From: an uncultured virus (IMG/VR IMGVR_UViG_3300048625_000025)
Lineage: Duplodnaviria; Heunggongvirae; Uroviricota; Caudoviricetes
Virus record (IMG/VR): IMGVR_UViG_3300048625_000025
Span: 1 to 64,000 of that record
Length of the DNA stretch: 64,000 nt
Direction: 5' to 3' (one strand)
Shown here: positions 19,765 through 30,003 of the stretch, piece by piece
Layout: the number at the start of each line of letters is the position of its first letter
How positions within the stretch are numbered: position 1 is the first letter of the stretch
The notes under the pieces: model-generated
What the model was told of the DNA's origin: nothing
The model's input: the letters and a program-made list of their open reading frames with translations, nothing else
Databases searched by the model: none
Made by a program: the position numbers and the translations under genes

Positions 19765-22572
19765 TTATGCAAACGGGTTTTGTGGCTCAGAGCTTGAATT
19801 GTCTTCAGCTAGTTGAGTGTCTACATCTATCTCAGGTGCGCCATCTAAATCATCTGCAATTGATTGCCCTTCATTGCTGGCGCTAGTTTCTTCGCTGTTG
19901 TTATCGTCGTCCTGCCCGGCTTCTTCGTCTGGCGTGTCAAACAATTCATCAACATCAATTGGCTCGTCTTCTTGTTCTTCATTCTGTTTGCGCATCGCTT
20001 CAAACGGATCTTCATCGTCAGTCTGCTGATTGATTAAACGTGGGTCTGTTTGAGCAAAGTCTCTACGTGCTTTTTCTGCTTTTGATTGAGCACGCTCTTG
20101 TTCGTTAGGAGTGTCTTGATCAAATACGCGAATGCAATCAAGTGTCTGTATAAATTGGCCTTTAGAGAACTCGCTCTCCACTGTTAAAATTTTGTAATAG
20201 CCACTGAAACCAGCATTTGTGTATCTAGTATCTTTTCTAGTTAGACCGGTTTTATCATCCATGTCTACTGGAGTTGTAAAATTAATCTTACAGAAAATCT
20301 CTACACGATCCATGTTTAATGTTCCGGGCATGATTAACGTTTTAGTATCTGCATAATCACTGTGACCGGGGTTTGCATAAACATCATCTTGTTTAATAAA
20401 ATGAGGGTCGCCAAGAATCTTTAATTTAACGTTAAGCATATCACCACGACTTGATGCTGCAATACTCTTTGTTGCATTAGCGACTAATACAGACTTTGCA
20501 GAATCGGCGTTAGTGGCTGTTGCTTGTGCATCTGCACTCACTGGTTGTGTAGTTGCCTTGGCTACTCTGTCATTGTGTGTTGGCTGATTTTTTAAATTGT
20601 CTTTGCTAGCATCACCCGAGTCTGCGTTTGCAGCGCCACTGGTTGCTTCTGTTTTCTCACGGTTAACAACTACCGTAGTATAGTAAGCTGTGTCAAAGTC
20701 CAAGGAAAACTCTAAGATATCAATGTTTTTACCAGTGTAAATGTAGTTGTATTCTTTAACTGCACCTTTAGGTTTTGCAACTGGTAAGTTGGGACTCTTG
20801 CTATTATAGTAATCGTACTTCTTAACGTAGAAGGTAGTCAGCTTTGCGTACTCATTGCGCTTGTCGTCAAAGTCTAACAATTCAACTTTTGGTACAATTT
20901 TATAATACTTAACAGTAGTATCAGTTGGGAGAGTATTCTTGTCGCTTAGTGGGTCAACTACCTGATCTTTAATATACTTGCTGTTACGCATAACCATGTT
21001 AATAACATCAACTACGCTAGTACCGGAGCTAATGTTAAACGACATAGTATTTGGATCAAAGTCGTTAGTCGGAGTCTTGCTGCTGGTGCTAGCATCTTTT
21101 CCCTGCTCTGACGCCTTATCGGCTACAGTCATCTTAGATCTGTACAACGGCACTTTAGTAGGGTCAACAATCTCTGAATTTAACTCGGGATCAAATTCAA
21201 ATTTAATTTGGTTAGCCACAGTTACGTGCGCACCATCAACTGCACTCTGTTGCCATGCGTTATATGCACCCGGATAGCTCTTAACCGAGTAAGGTGCGTT
21301 AATTGTTTTTTCTGCTGCGGCTAGTGCTTTTTCGTCGCCGCCTAATCCAACACGCTGCCCTGGAGGTAGGATATCATTACCGTCATCGTCTTTAGTAATA
21401 CCCGCTGCTAAAATTGCATCGCTGCGAGCTTGGTTCTTTTGTTGAATTTGCTTAGCCATCTCCCCTTGTTCCATGCCATTGAAGAAGTCGCTAACTTTAG
21501 TAGCTTTGATTTCAAAGTTTGCAGGAGTGGAGTTTACAGATTCTAATAGAGCACCGTGGTTAAACGGAATTGCTTTCATTGCGTATTCTGTGCCTTTAGC
21601 AGTTACTCGAATTTTCATCTCTAGTAACTTGATAGGAATACGCTTTTGTAACTCGTGGATTTTAGTGTGTTGTTTGCCCAGGGCGTCTGAACCAAAGAAA
21701 TTAATTTCAAGCAAATATGGCTGTTGCAAATAGTTCTTGCCATTGACCTTGGGATCAGCGCATACATCAATGATTCTATCAAGCAACGTAATGCCGTACG
21801 GCTCAATGATAGTAAATGACAAATCGATAGCATTAGTGTTACGAGACTGTGAGCTCGGTCCAATAATGGTTGTCATCTTAAGATTTTCAAAATAGAAGTC
21901 GTCGTGGAAGAACTTACTACGGTTAGAATGTTCCCCGCCGCCGCTACTAATTAAACTGTACGTCGGTTGCCATGCACCTTTAAGTTCGCCATTTATTAAA
22001 CTCTTGTACGCATCCTTGCTTAATACAGACAGCGTAATGCCGTAAGTAGATGTAGCATACGAATGCAACGGATTTCTAGTAGGCGTAGGTTTTTCAATAT
22101 CAGATGATGATGCTACTGCGGTTGTGCTATCGCCTAGCTGTGTCTTAGATTCGGGACTTGCTGACTCGTTGGATGCGTCTTCGTCATCGGCTGCATGTCG
22201 AGCATTAAAATCAGCAACGTCGTCTTCAGTAGGAGAGTCGTCTGAGGAATCAATGATGTCAGATTCCTCATCACTAATCGGTTCGTCATCGCTTTGTGTG
22301 GCTGCTAACTCATTAGCAGCTTCACCGTCTGTGACCGGTGGATCTACCGGAACCGCTGGAGCCACAATTGGCTCATTAACTGGGGTCGCTACACTGTTAA
22401 CTGCGGTGCCTGCATTTTGTGATGCAGCAGAATATAACCCAAGCTGTTGTGCTGTTGCTGCTTCATCTGCTGCAAGAATTTGTTGTTGTGCGGATTTTGA
22501 TAAAGACCCAAACTCGACTTCTTGTCCAGTAACTGGATCAATTACTAGGGTGAATTTACTAAACGTTGCCAT
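19765..22572 (-). CDS. Baseplate hub protein (gp27/gpD-like) with acidic termini
   Basis: NPLHSYATSTYGITL, FTIIEPYG, LKILGDP, FSGYYKILTVESEFSKGQFIQTL; lies between gp53-like and gp5-like genes. Confidence 0.6.
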   Translation of the reverse strand: MATFSKFTLVIDPVTGQEVEFGSLSKSAQQQILAADEAATAQQLGLYSAASQNAGTAVNSVATPVNEPIVAPAVPVDPPVTDGEAANELAATQSDDEPISDEESDIIDSSDDSPTEDDVADFNARHAADDEDASNESASPESKTQLGDSTTAVASSSDIEKPTPTRNPLHSYATSTYGITLSVLSKDAYKSLINGELKGAWQPTYSLISSGGGEHSNRSKFFHDDFYFENLKMTTIIGPSSQSRNTNAIDLSFTIIEPYGITLLDRIIDVCADPKVNGKNYLQQPYLLEINFFGSDALGKQHTKIHELQKRIPIKLLEMKIRVTAKGTEYAMKAIPFNHGALLESVNSTPANFEIKATKVSDFFNGMEQGEMAKQIQQKNQARSDAILAAGITKDDDGNDILPPGQRVGLGGDEKALAAAEKTINAPYSVKSYPGAYNAWQQSAVDGAHVTVANQIKFEFDPELNSEIVDPTKVPLYRSKMTVADKASEQGKDASTSSKTPTNDFDPNTMSFNISSGTSVVDVINMVMRNSKYIKDQVVDPLSDKNTLPTDTTVKYYKIVPKVELLDFDDKRNEYAKLTTFYVKKYDYYNSKSPNLPVAKPKGAVKEYNYIYTGKNIDILEFSLDFDTAYYTTVVVNREKTEATSGAANADSGDASKDNLKNQPTHNDRVAKATTQPVSADAQATATNADSAKSVLVANATKSIAASSRGDMLNVKLKILGDPHFIKQDDVYANPGHSDYADTKTLIMPGTLNMDRVEIFCKINFTTPVDMDDKTGLTRKDTRYTNAGFSGYYKILTVESEFSKGQFIQTLDCIRVFDQDTPNEQERAQSKAEKARRDFAQTDPRLINQQTDDEDPFEAMRKQNEEQEDEPIDVDELFDTPDEEAGQDDDNNSEETSASNEGQSIADDLDGAPEIDVDTQLAEDNSSSEPQNPFA

Positions 22573-22575
22573 AGA

Positions 22576-22878
22576 TTAGATTCCTAATTCAGCAACAAGG
22601 GTTTCCTTCTTGGGAATGTAAATAGTCACACCTGGCTTAAATCCAAATACTGGATCTTTAAGAACATTGGGATTTCGTGCAATAAACACCCACCACAATG
22701 CGCTGTCACCGTACAAGTCGTATGCCAGCATGTCAGGGCGGTATTTGTAAACACGGTCAATGGTGTAAGACACATCATCAGATTTCTTAGAAATAGCACG
22801 GTATTCTAATAGGTCTAGAAATTGTCCAAATTTATTAGTTGCTGCGTAAGGGCTAGCTTTGTTGTATGTAGTTGTCAT
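22576..22878 (-). CDS. gp53: Baseplate wedge gp53-like (LysM-type)
   Basis: YRPDMLAYDLYGDSALWWVF...N...IYIP. Confidence 0.8.
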   Translation of the reverse strand: MTTTYNKASPYAATNKFGQFLDLLEYRAISKKSDDVSYTIDRVYKYRPDMLAYDLYGDSALWWVFIARNPNVLKDPVFGFKPGVTIYIPKKETLVAELGI

Positions 22879-23753
22879 TAAATGTATCCACCTTTGCCAT
22901 TGATAAGTTTGCCAGCAGCAAAATCTTCAAGATTGAAGTTGTCGTATAAATTGGCTCTAGAGTAAATTGGCTGTAAACTTATAGTCAATGTGCTATTTGT
23001 TGGTACTCGAGTAGTCATCCCCGACACTGGTCTACCTGCATCTTGTGCTACTGCTTGGCCGCCACCTGTTGGTATTGCTAGATAATCAACATCCTGAGGC
23101 ATAGTGTGCGCAAAACTAGTAACTACGCAAGGTACATTTGGAAAATAGTGGCTACCATAACCTGTTAAAAACACCATTGGTGGAGGATTGCCTACTTTGT
23201 TACCTTGCCCAAAGAACATCTTTGTTGCTGCTCTAAAGAAATAAATTGCTGCCATCAAGTACTGTCCTTCTGCAACAGTTTGAACAGTAAAGTCGCCGCT
23301 GATGCTGATTGCTTGAACTTCTGAACCTTCGTAGAAGTAATTGGTATAATTACTATGTGTAAGGTTTTGTGAGCCGTAACGTGCTGCATGTGTAACACTC
23401 ACTTGAGGAGTGTAAGGGAAAATAACCCCTCCTGTTGGCGCTAGCGGATTCATAATACCCGCATCTTCTGGATTTTTGTAAAAATAGTCTGCCGACTGAG
23501 CAAGACTAATTTTCAATCTCCAGTCGGTGTCGCTAGTGGCAAATGAAACATTTGGGGCACTAGAATTCGTAGCAGATGTTTTTGCTCCGCCTTTTAGTAA
23601 TCCTGCTGCTTTTAAACGGGTTTGTGCAGGGTCAACAATGTTGAGTGCTTTTCTTATTACAGGATTGGACTCAGCAGAAGTTATTGCGTCAGCAACGCTC
23701 TCCTTAGCTGTGTTAAACATGCTAGAAACGGACGAAAATAAACTGTCTGACAT
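22878..23753 (-). CDS. Tail tube initiator / baseplate-tube junction protein (gp48/gp54-like)
   Basis: FPYTPQVSV, ISISGDFT, GNPPPMVFL...PCVVTSF; directly upstream of the gp53-like gene. Confidence 0.6.
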   Translation of the reverse strand: MSDSLFSSVSSMFNTAKESVADAITSAESNPVIRKALNIVDPAQTRLKAAGLLKGGAKTSATNSSAPNVSFATSDTDWRLKISLAQSADYFYKNPEDAGIMNPLAPTGGVIFPYTPQVSVTHAARYGSQNLTHSNYTNYFYEGSEVQAISISGDFTVQTVAEGQYLMAAIYFFRAATKMFFGQGNKVGNPPPMVFLTGYGSHYFPNVPCVVTSFAHTMPQDVDYLAIPTGGGQAVAQDAGRPVSGMTTRVPTNSTLTISLQPIYSRANLYDNFNLEDFAAGKLINGKGGYI

Positions 23754-23763
23754 ATGATTTCTC

Positions 23764-23792
23764 TTGCTATTGTAGTATTTATTTGTTATATT
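23764..23792 (+). promoter_or_regulatory. Candidate sigma70-type promoter for gp55
   Basis: TTGCTA (23764-69), 17-bp spacer ending in TGT, then TATATT (23787-92); SD AAGGA upstream of ATG 23825. Confidence 0.4.
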
Positions 23793-23824
23793 ATGTACTA
23801 TTATTATAAGGAACGTGTTAAAAC

Positions 23825-24694
23825 ATGAAACACAACTATCTCAACAACAAAGACATCCTAAAGGAAATTCATAAAAGTAAGAACACCTATTGTTGCTACA
23901 CTCAACCAGAATATGGCGATTACGACATCATCTTACCGGATTTGAAAAGACTAAACAAGGCCAATATCTTAGAAGGTCGCACTAATAGAGCAGAACGTTT
24001 AGCAAAAGCAGCACATGAACTAGCTACCGCAGATGGCACAAAGCGTAAACTAGATGAATTTGCAATCGAATTGGACACTATTGCCGAGTCGGACGTTATT
24101 TTTAGGGTAATGAGTTGGGAGCATGTACCACTTGACGATAGTAAAAAAGGCAAAAAAGTTGCTGCATGGGTAGACGAGGATGACGAAATCCTAAGCGAAT
24201 ACGACGAACCCGAAGAAGCAAAAACTACCAAATACACCAAATGTAACTTTCCTCCATTCTTGCATTATAAACTTAACGAAGCAGGCGAGCCTGTTGTAGT
24301 TGGTAGAAGCCACTGGAAAGGTACCTTAGAAGACGGCGTATATAGCAAGGATCATGGCGCAATGACCCGCAAGCTAGCGCACATGTTTATGAAATTATGC
24401 GAGCGTTACGCCACACGCTCTAACTGGAGAGGATACACATACAATGACGAAATGCGAAGCCAAGCCCTACTTCAACTCAGCCAAATCGGACTCCAGTTTG
24501 ACGAATCCAAATCGCAGAACCCTTTTGCGTATTATACTGCCGCTATCACTAACAGTTTTACTCGTGTCTTGAACATCGAAAAGCGTAACCAGAATCTGAG
24601 AGACGATATCTTAGAAATGAATAACCTAAACCCAAGTTATACTCGTCAAGGTATGGGCGGTGGCGGCGGCGGAGGGTACGATGGCGATGAGTAA
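23825..24694 (+). CDS. gp55: Late-transcription sigma factor, T4 gp55-like
   Basis: YLNNKDIL; NWRGYTYNDEM...FDESKSQNPFAYYT...F...EKR; upstream of gp47/gp46. Confidence 0.9.
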   Translation: MKHNYLNNKDILKEIHKSKNTYCCYTQPEYGDYDIILPDLKRLNKANILEGRTNRAERLAKAAHELATADGTKRKLDEFAIELDTIAESDVIFRVMSWEHVPLDDSKKGKKVAAWVDEDDEILSEYDEPEEAKTTKYTKCNFPPFLHYKLNEAGEPVVVGRSHWKGTLEDGVYSKDHGAMTRKLAHMFMKLCERYATRSNWRGYTYNDEMRSQALLQLSQIGLQFDESKSQNPFAYYTAAITNSFTRVLNIEKRNQNLRDDILEMNNLNPSYTRQGMGGGGGGGYDGDE

Positions 24695-25631
24695 CCTTAT
24701 TCCGTTATTGTATCACTCTGGTAACCATGGAAATTGGTTACTGTGGTGCTTAAATTACTTTGGAATCAAGGAATACTGCAATATGCCTATTCCGTTGGAT
24801 TTAAATAATGCATCACACAATCACATTTTTAGAAAAGAAAACAACAACGGTGTAACAATTGATGATTATTTCCAATGGAGATCTTGTATCAGGTCTGGCA
24901 CTGCTCGAAATTCGAATATTGTCTTAATGCACCCACCATTGAAATCCAACGACTATAAAAATTTTGTAGATTGCGTTGGAGAAGATTCGTTACATATGAT
25001 CTCAATAGTGTCGTCCCCTGAGCACACACTAACGCAATTAAATAACGCATTCTTTAGAGCTGCATTTGGTGGGATTTTTTGGGGGCATGTGTGCTCAATG
25101 ATTGTTGCAAATTCTTTATTGTATAAGGAAATTTATAATATCAACATCCCACGGGTGCCTTCAAAGGCTGCAAGCTCTCAAATTAAGCATCTCCCGGCAT
25201 GGATCCTCAGGGAAATACTTAGCGGACTAGACTTAGTGTCACTATCTAAAACAGCGCACCCAACTAAGTTAGATGCTTGCCCCGGAAATGTTTTTAAAAT
25301 TAGTCAAATAGATTTCTATCAAAATTTCGAAGACACAATTTGTGAGTGCATCCAATGGCTAGGTCAACCATATACGTTGCAGAACCAAGATAAGATGTCT
25401 ACAATACATACACATTGGATGTCTACGCAAACGCATATAAACAAAGATCAATTAGTTAATAACATCATCCAAAATATCGATTCCACTGTTAACTTTAACT
25501 GGGATACTTTAAGTATTTTGGACGAATCTGTAATACAACATCAACTTGGCAAAAAAGGAATTAGGTTAAAAGTGTACAATCTTAATATGCTACCCACTAA
25601 TCTAACCGATTTACGAAAAATCTGTGAATGA
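24687..25631 (+). CDS. Hypothetical protein, possibly sulfotransferase/P-loop-like
   Basis: Likely start ATG 24687 overlapping the gp55 end; N-terminal YHSGNHGNWL; AT-rich; overlaps the gp47 start (ATGA). Confidence 0.4.
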   Translation: MSNLIPLLYHSGNHGNWLLWCLNYFGIKEYCNMPIPLDLNNASHNHIFRKENNNGVTIDDYFQWRSCIRSGTARNSNIVLMHPPLKSNDYKNFVDCVGEDSLHMISIVSSPEHTLTQLNNAFFRAAFGGIFWGHVCSMIVANSLLYKEIYNINIPRVPSKAASSQIKHLPAWILREILSGLDLVSLSKTAHPTKLDACPGNVFKISQIDFYQNFEDTICECIQWLGQPYTLQNQDKMSTIHTHWMSTQTHINKDQLVNNIIQNIDSTVNFNWDTLSILDESVIQHQLGKKGIRLKVYNLNMLPTNLTDLRKICE

Positions 25632-26644
25632 GTAATTTATTTAAAAAAGCCGCAATCTTTACTGACATCCACTTTGGCTTAAAGTCAAACAGCACTCTAC
25701 ACAACGAGGACTGTTTGAACTTTGTCAAGTGGGCCACAGCCAAAGCCAAAGCAGAAGGTTGCGAAACCTGTTTGTTTTTAGGCGACTGGCATAACAACCG
25801 CGCAAGCATTAACATCCTAACACTAGGGTATAGCCTGCAAGCATTGGAGCATCTGAATGCAAATTTTGAACGTGTGTATTTTATTCCTGGTAACCATGAT
25901 TTATACTATCGCGATAAACGTGACGTTCAGAGCGTGGAGTGGGCGAAGCACCTCCCTAATATTCAAATCTGCAATGATTGGTTTAGCGACGGTAATGTCA
26001 CTATTGCCCCTTGGCTTGTAGGCGACGATTATAAAAAGCTGAAGAAGATGAAGGGCCAATACATGTTTGGCCATTTTGAGCTTCCGGGTTACTTAATGAA
26101 CGCAATGGTTGCCATGCCAGATCACGGTGAGTTAACTGGCGACGACATGCAGGGCTTTGGTCATGTGTTTAGTGGACACTTCCATAAACGACAAACCCAA
26201 CGCAACATTACCTACATCGGAAATGCGTTCCCCCACAACTATGCAGACGCCGGCGACGACGATCGAGGATTAACTATCTTAGATTGGGGCAAGGATCCCG
26301 AATATCATTCGTGGCCAGATCAGCCCAAGTACCGTGTGTTCCAACTTAGTGACGTTATCACTCATACTGAAAAGATGTTGCAACCCGGTATGCACTGCCG
26401 TGTTAACTTAGACATTGATATCAGCTACGAAGAGGCAACGTTTATTAAAGAAACGTTCGTTGATACATACAAATTACGCGAGCTTACTCTTATCCCAGCT
26501 AAGGTTACTGACTTAACTGAATATGAAATTCAAGGCAATATTGAATTTGAATCAATTGATCAAATTGTTACTGGTCAACTTACTAATTTAGACAACGGCA
26601 AATTCAATAAAAACCTACTACTCGATATCTATAGAAACCTCTAA
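25628..26644 (+). CDS. gp47: Recombination endonuclease subunit (Mre11/SbcD-like)
   Basis: DIHFG, LGD, GNHD, GHFE and SGHFH metallophosphoesterase motifs. Confidence 0.93.
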   Translation: MSNLFKKAAIFTDIHFGLKSNSTLHNEDCLNFVKWATAKAKAEGCETCLFLGDWHNNRASINILTLGYSLQALEHLNANFERVYFIPGNHDLYYRDKRDVQSVEWAKHLPNIQICNDWFSDGNVTIAPWLVGDDYKKLKKMKGQYMFGHFELPGYLMNAMVAMPDHGELTGDDMQGFGHVFSGHFHKRQTQRNITYIGNAFPHNYADAGDDDRGLTILDWGKDPEYHSWPDQPKYRVFQLSDVITHTEKMLQPGMHCRVNLDIDISYEEATFIKETFVDTYKLRELTLIPAKVTDLTEYEIQGNIEFESIDQIVTGQLTNLDNGKFNKNLLLDIYRNL

Positions 26645-26679
26645 TGTTTAAGATCAAAGATTTAACTGTAAAGAGGTAA
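26644..26679 (+). pseudogene. Remnant 5' end of gp46 (MFKIKDLTVKR*)
   Basis: TAATG overlap with the gp47 stop; near-identical to the gp46 start at 27288 (MTFKIKDLTVKN). Confidence 0.75.
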
Positions 26680-26700
26680 ATACCCCAAAGGAGTATTTCT

Positions 26701-27291
26701 ATGGCTAACGCAAGAATCTACACAACAAAAGAAATAGAATTAATTAGTAACCCATTATTGGCCGCAGCCGAAATAGGAAAATTGCTAAACATACACCCGC
26801 AAACAGTATATCGATTTAGAAAGCAACAAGGAATCATTATCCCAATCGGAGCTAAACCTGGAAAACCAAATATTAAAAAAATACGGCAAGTTACCCGTAG
26901 TTGCATTTGTAAAGATTGTTCAACTTCGTTTACCGTTAACCAAGCCTCCAAAAAAAGATTTTGTTCTCCACGATGCCAGATGCTTACACAAAATCCATCG
27001 TATAAGGGGATGCTTAGGCCAATTCGTAATCCAAATATCGAAGAATATACTAGGTATGCAAGAAAAGTACACGGACTTAGTCAGAAGATGTATGAAAAAC
27101 ATAAAGATGCAATTAACCCTAATAACTACCCAAGGACATTATGCGGTGTAGAAGGTGGATGGCAATTAGACCATATAACCCCTATTAAAGAGTGCTTCGA
27201 AAAAGGGCAGAGTCCGCATGAAGCAGCACAAATCAGCAATCTCAGAATGCTACCATGGAAAGATAATTTAATGAGGCAATATAAAGAATGA
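26701..27291 (+). CDS. Free-standing HNH homing endonuclease with N-terminal HTH/zinc finger
   Basis: HTH-like EIGKLLNIHPQTVYR; CKDC...FCSPRC; WQLDHITP...NLRMLPWKDN; own TAAATA (26677-82) and AAGGAG SD. Confidence 0.8.
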   Translation: MANARIYTTKEIELISNPLLAAAEIGKLLNIHPQTVYRFRKQQGIIIPIGAKPGKPNIKKIRQVTRSCICKDCSTSFTVNQASKKRFCSPRCQMLTQNPSYKGMLRPIRNPNIEEYTRYARKVHGLSQKMYEKHKDAINPNNYPRTLCGVEGGWQLDHITPIKECFEKGQSPHEAAQISNLRMLPWKDNLMRQYKE

Positions 27292-29060
27292 CTTTCAAGA
27301 TCAAAGATTTAACCGTGAAGAATTTCATGAGCGTAGGAAATGCCACGCAAGCCGTCAACTTTGACCGCAATGACTTGACGCTAGTACTTGGTGAAAACTT
27401 AGACTTAGGCGGCGACGATACTGGCGCACGTAATGGCACAGGTAAAACAACCATCATCAATGCACTAAGCTTCGCCTTGTACGGTAATGCACTTACTAAC
27501 ATCAAGAAAGATAACTTGATCAATAAGACCAATGGCAAAGGCATGTTGGTTACCATTGATTTTGAAAAGGATGGTATTGACTATCGCATTGAGCGCGGGC
27601 GCAAGCCTGGCATTATGAAGTTCTTTGTGTCAGGTACTGAAAAAGAAATTACCGATGAGGCCCAAGGCGACAGCCGCGAAACTCAAGCAGAGATTGAGCG
27701 TATGTTAGGTATGAGCCACGATATGTTTAAGCATATCCTTGCACTCAACACCTACACTGAACCATTCCTTGCACTCAAAGCCAATGATCAACGCACTATT
27801 ATTGAGCAGTTGTTGGGCATTACCTTGTTAAGCGAGAAGGCAGAGTCATTGAAAGAACTGTCTAAAGCCACTAAAGATGCAATCACACAAGAAGAATATC
27901 GCATCAAAGCAGTAGGCGATGCTAACAAGCGTATCGAAGAACAGATTGGTAGTCTGCGTAGACGCCAGAAAATGTGGACAGAGCACCACGATCGTGATGT
28001 GCTACAGTTCCAACGTGCCTTTGATGAGTTAAGCACGTTAGACATCGAAGCTGAATTGCAAGCGCACAAAGAACTTAGCGAGTACAATCAGAAAGTCAAA
28101 GACATTAATGAGCTAAACAAAGCCCTTAAACGTGCAGAGTTAGATCAGGACCGTGAACGTAAGCTCTACGCTCGCATTGAGCAAGAAGTTGCTGCATTAC
28201 ATGAACACAAGTGTCATGCGTGTGGCCACGAGCTGCATGATGAAAATCACGAAACACAATTAGCAGCCAAACTAAAAGAATTAGAAACTGTTACCGTTGA
28301 CTTTGAAGCTCTAGGTTTTCAAATTGTAGAACTAAAGAATGCCTTAGCCGAATTTGGCGAAGCTGGTGCGCAACCAAAAGTCTATTACGATCGCGAAAGC
28401 GATGCGTTTGAACACCGTAGCAGTATGGCTAGCGTACTTGCCCAATTGTCTGCAAAGGAAAAGGAAGCCGATCCTTATGCAGAGCAAATTAAAGAAATGA
28501 GTGAGCAAGCGTTAGAAGAAATCTCATACGATGTAATGAACGAACTTGTGAGTTTGAAAGAGCACCAAGAGTTCTTGCTTAAATTGTTAACTAATAAAGA
28601 CAGCTTTATCCGTAAGCGCATTATCGATCAAAACTTGAGCTACTTAAATGCACGTTTAGGACAATACTTAGATCGCATTGGCTTGCCGCATACTGTAAAA
28701 TTCAACAACGACTTATCAGTTAGCATTACCGAACTAGGGCGCGATCTAGACTTTGACAACTTGTCACGTGGCGAACGTAACAGATTGATTTTGTCATTGA
28801 GCTGGGCGTTCCGTGATGTTTGGGAAAGTTTATATCAACCCATTAACCTGTTGTTCATTGACGAGCTAGTAGACAGCGGCATGGACACCAGTGGTGTTGA
28901 AAATGCACTAAGCATCCTTAAGAAGATGAGTCGTGAAAGCAACAAGAGCATTTGGCTTGTGTCGCACAAAGATGAGTTAGCGGGCCGAGTTAACAACACA
29001 TTACACGTTGTTAAGGAAAACGGCTACACCAGTTATAATACAGACATAGACATTGTTTAA
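27288..29060 (+). CDS. gp46: Recombination ATPase (Rad50/SbcC-like)
   Basis: KNFMSVG, Walker A NGTGKTT, zinc hook CHAC, signature LSRGE, Walker B LFIDE, SH. Confidence 0.93.
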   Translation: MTFKIKDLTVKNFMSVGNATQAVNFDRNDLTLVLGENLDLGGDDTGARNGTGKTTIINALSFALYGNALTNIKKDNLINKTNGKGMLVTIDFEKDGIDYRIERGRKPGIMKFFVSGTEKEITDEAQGDSRETQAEIERMLGMSHDMFKHILALNTYTEPFLALKANDQRTIIEQLLGITLLSEKAESLKELSKATKDAITQEEYRIKAVGDANKRIEEQIGSLRRRQKMWTEHHDRDVLQFQRAFDELSTLDIEAELQAHKELSEYNQKVKDINELNKALKRAELDQDRERKLYARIEQEVAALHEHKCHACGHELHDENHETQLAAKLKELETVTVDFEALGFQIVELKNALAEFGEAGAQPKVYYDRESDAFEHRSSMASVLAQLSAKEKEADPYAEQIKEMSEQALEEISYDVMNELVSLKEHQEFLLKLLTNKDSFIRKRIIDQNLSYLNARLGQYLDRIGLPHTVKFNNDLSVSITELGRDLDFDNLSRGERNRLILSLSWAFRDVWESLYQPINLLFIDELVDSGMDTSGVENALSILKKMSRESNKSIWLVSHKDELAGRVNNTLHVVKENGYTSYNTDIDIV

Positions 29061-30003
29061 CCTACAAGACATTCATATCGAGATCAGCAGCAAGTGTACA
29101 CTAAAATGTCCACGCTGCCCTCGTACTGAATTAAAGCCCGAACAACTGAATAGAGAAATAACGCTACATGAATTCATGTTGGCGTTTCCTCCGTCTATGC
29201 TAACTAACATGAAGACATTCTTGTTCTGCGGCGATGTAGGCGATCCAATCTATGCAACAGAGTTCCTAGAAATCGTTGAGTATCTAAAACTCAATCGCAT
29301 ACAAGTTAAGATTGTAACCAATGGTAGCTACAAGAGCGTAGACTGGTGGGATCGACTAGGGCACATGCTAACAGAGCATGATGCAGTTACATTTAGCGTA
29401 GACGGGTGGGATCAAGCGAGCAATGAACTATATCGAGTCAATAGCAATTTTGACAGTATCATTGCTGGTATCAAGAGTCTACGTGCAGCGTCGCCGTGTA
29501 GGATCATTTGGAGTTACATTATTTTTAACTTCAACGAGCACCACACCAGGGAGATCAAAGAAGTTGCACGGGCTGCGGGAGTCGACGAGTTCAATGAGGT
29601 GCATAGTACCAAGTTTGACGGTCGCTATGCAGTTAACGGGGTCGATCCATTATGCCCTGAGATTGTTATTAATGTGCCTAACTATCAAAAGAAAAAAGGC
29701 GCACTCAGTGCCCGTGGCATGGTAATTGATATCCAGTATCAAAAGGATGTGCATAGTTGGGCCAAGTGCTTGAACTGGAAAAAGGAAATGTTCATTAACG
29801 TTAACGGACTAGTGTTTCCCTGTCCTTGGTTCAACAGCGGATATCAGCAAAACGATTTTGTCGAAAAGTATCGCGATCGTTTAAGTATCAAGACACGACC
29901 CTTGTCTGACATCCTTGCGGATCCATTATGGGAAGAGTTTTTAACTAGATTAGAACTGTTCCCGTTAGAAGTTTGTAATATAAAGTGTAGAAATGATCGA
30001 TAA
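29053..30003 (+). CDS. Radical SAM protein with C-terminal SPASM/twitch-like Cys motifs
   Basis: CTLKCPRC, GDVGDP, TNGS, FSVDG, KC...INVNGLVFPCPW...C; TTG start overlapping gp46. Confidence 0.85.
   Translation: MFNLQDIHIEISSKCTLKCPRCPRTELKPEQLNREITLHEFMLAFPPSMLTNMKTFLFCGDVGDPIYATEFLEIVEYLKLNRIQVKIVTNGSYKSVDWWDRLGHMLTEHDAVTFSVDGWDQASNELYRVNSNFDSIIAGIKSLRAASPCRIIWSYIIFNFNEHHTREIKEVARAAGVDEFNEVHSTKFDGRYAVNGVDPLCPEIVINVPNYQKKKGALSARGMVIDIQYQKDVHSWAKCLNWKKEMFINVNGLVFPCPWFNSGYQQNDFVEKYRDRLSIKTRPLSDILADPLWEEFLTRLELFPLEVCNIKCRNDR

Noticed and set aside
26680..27287. Group I intron in gp46
   Set aside because: The HNH ORF fills almost the whole insert, leaving no room for a catalytic core, and gp46 has a complete start downstream.
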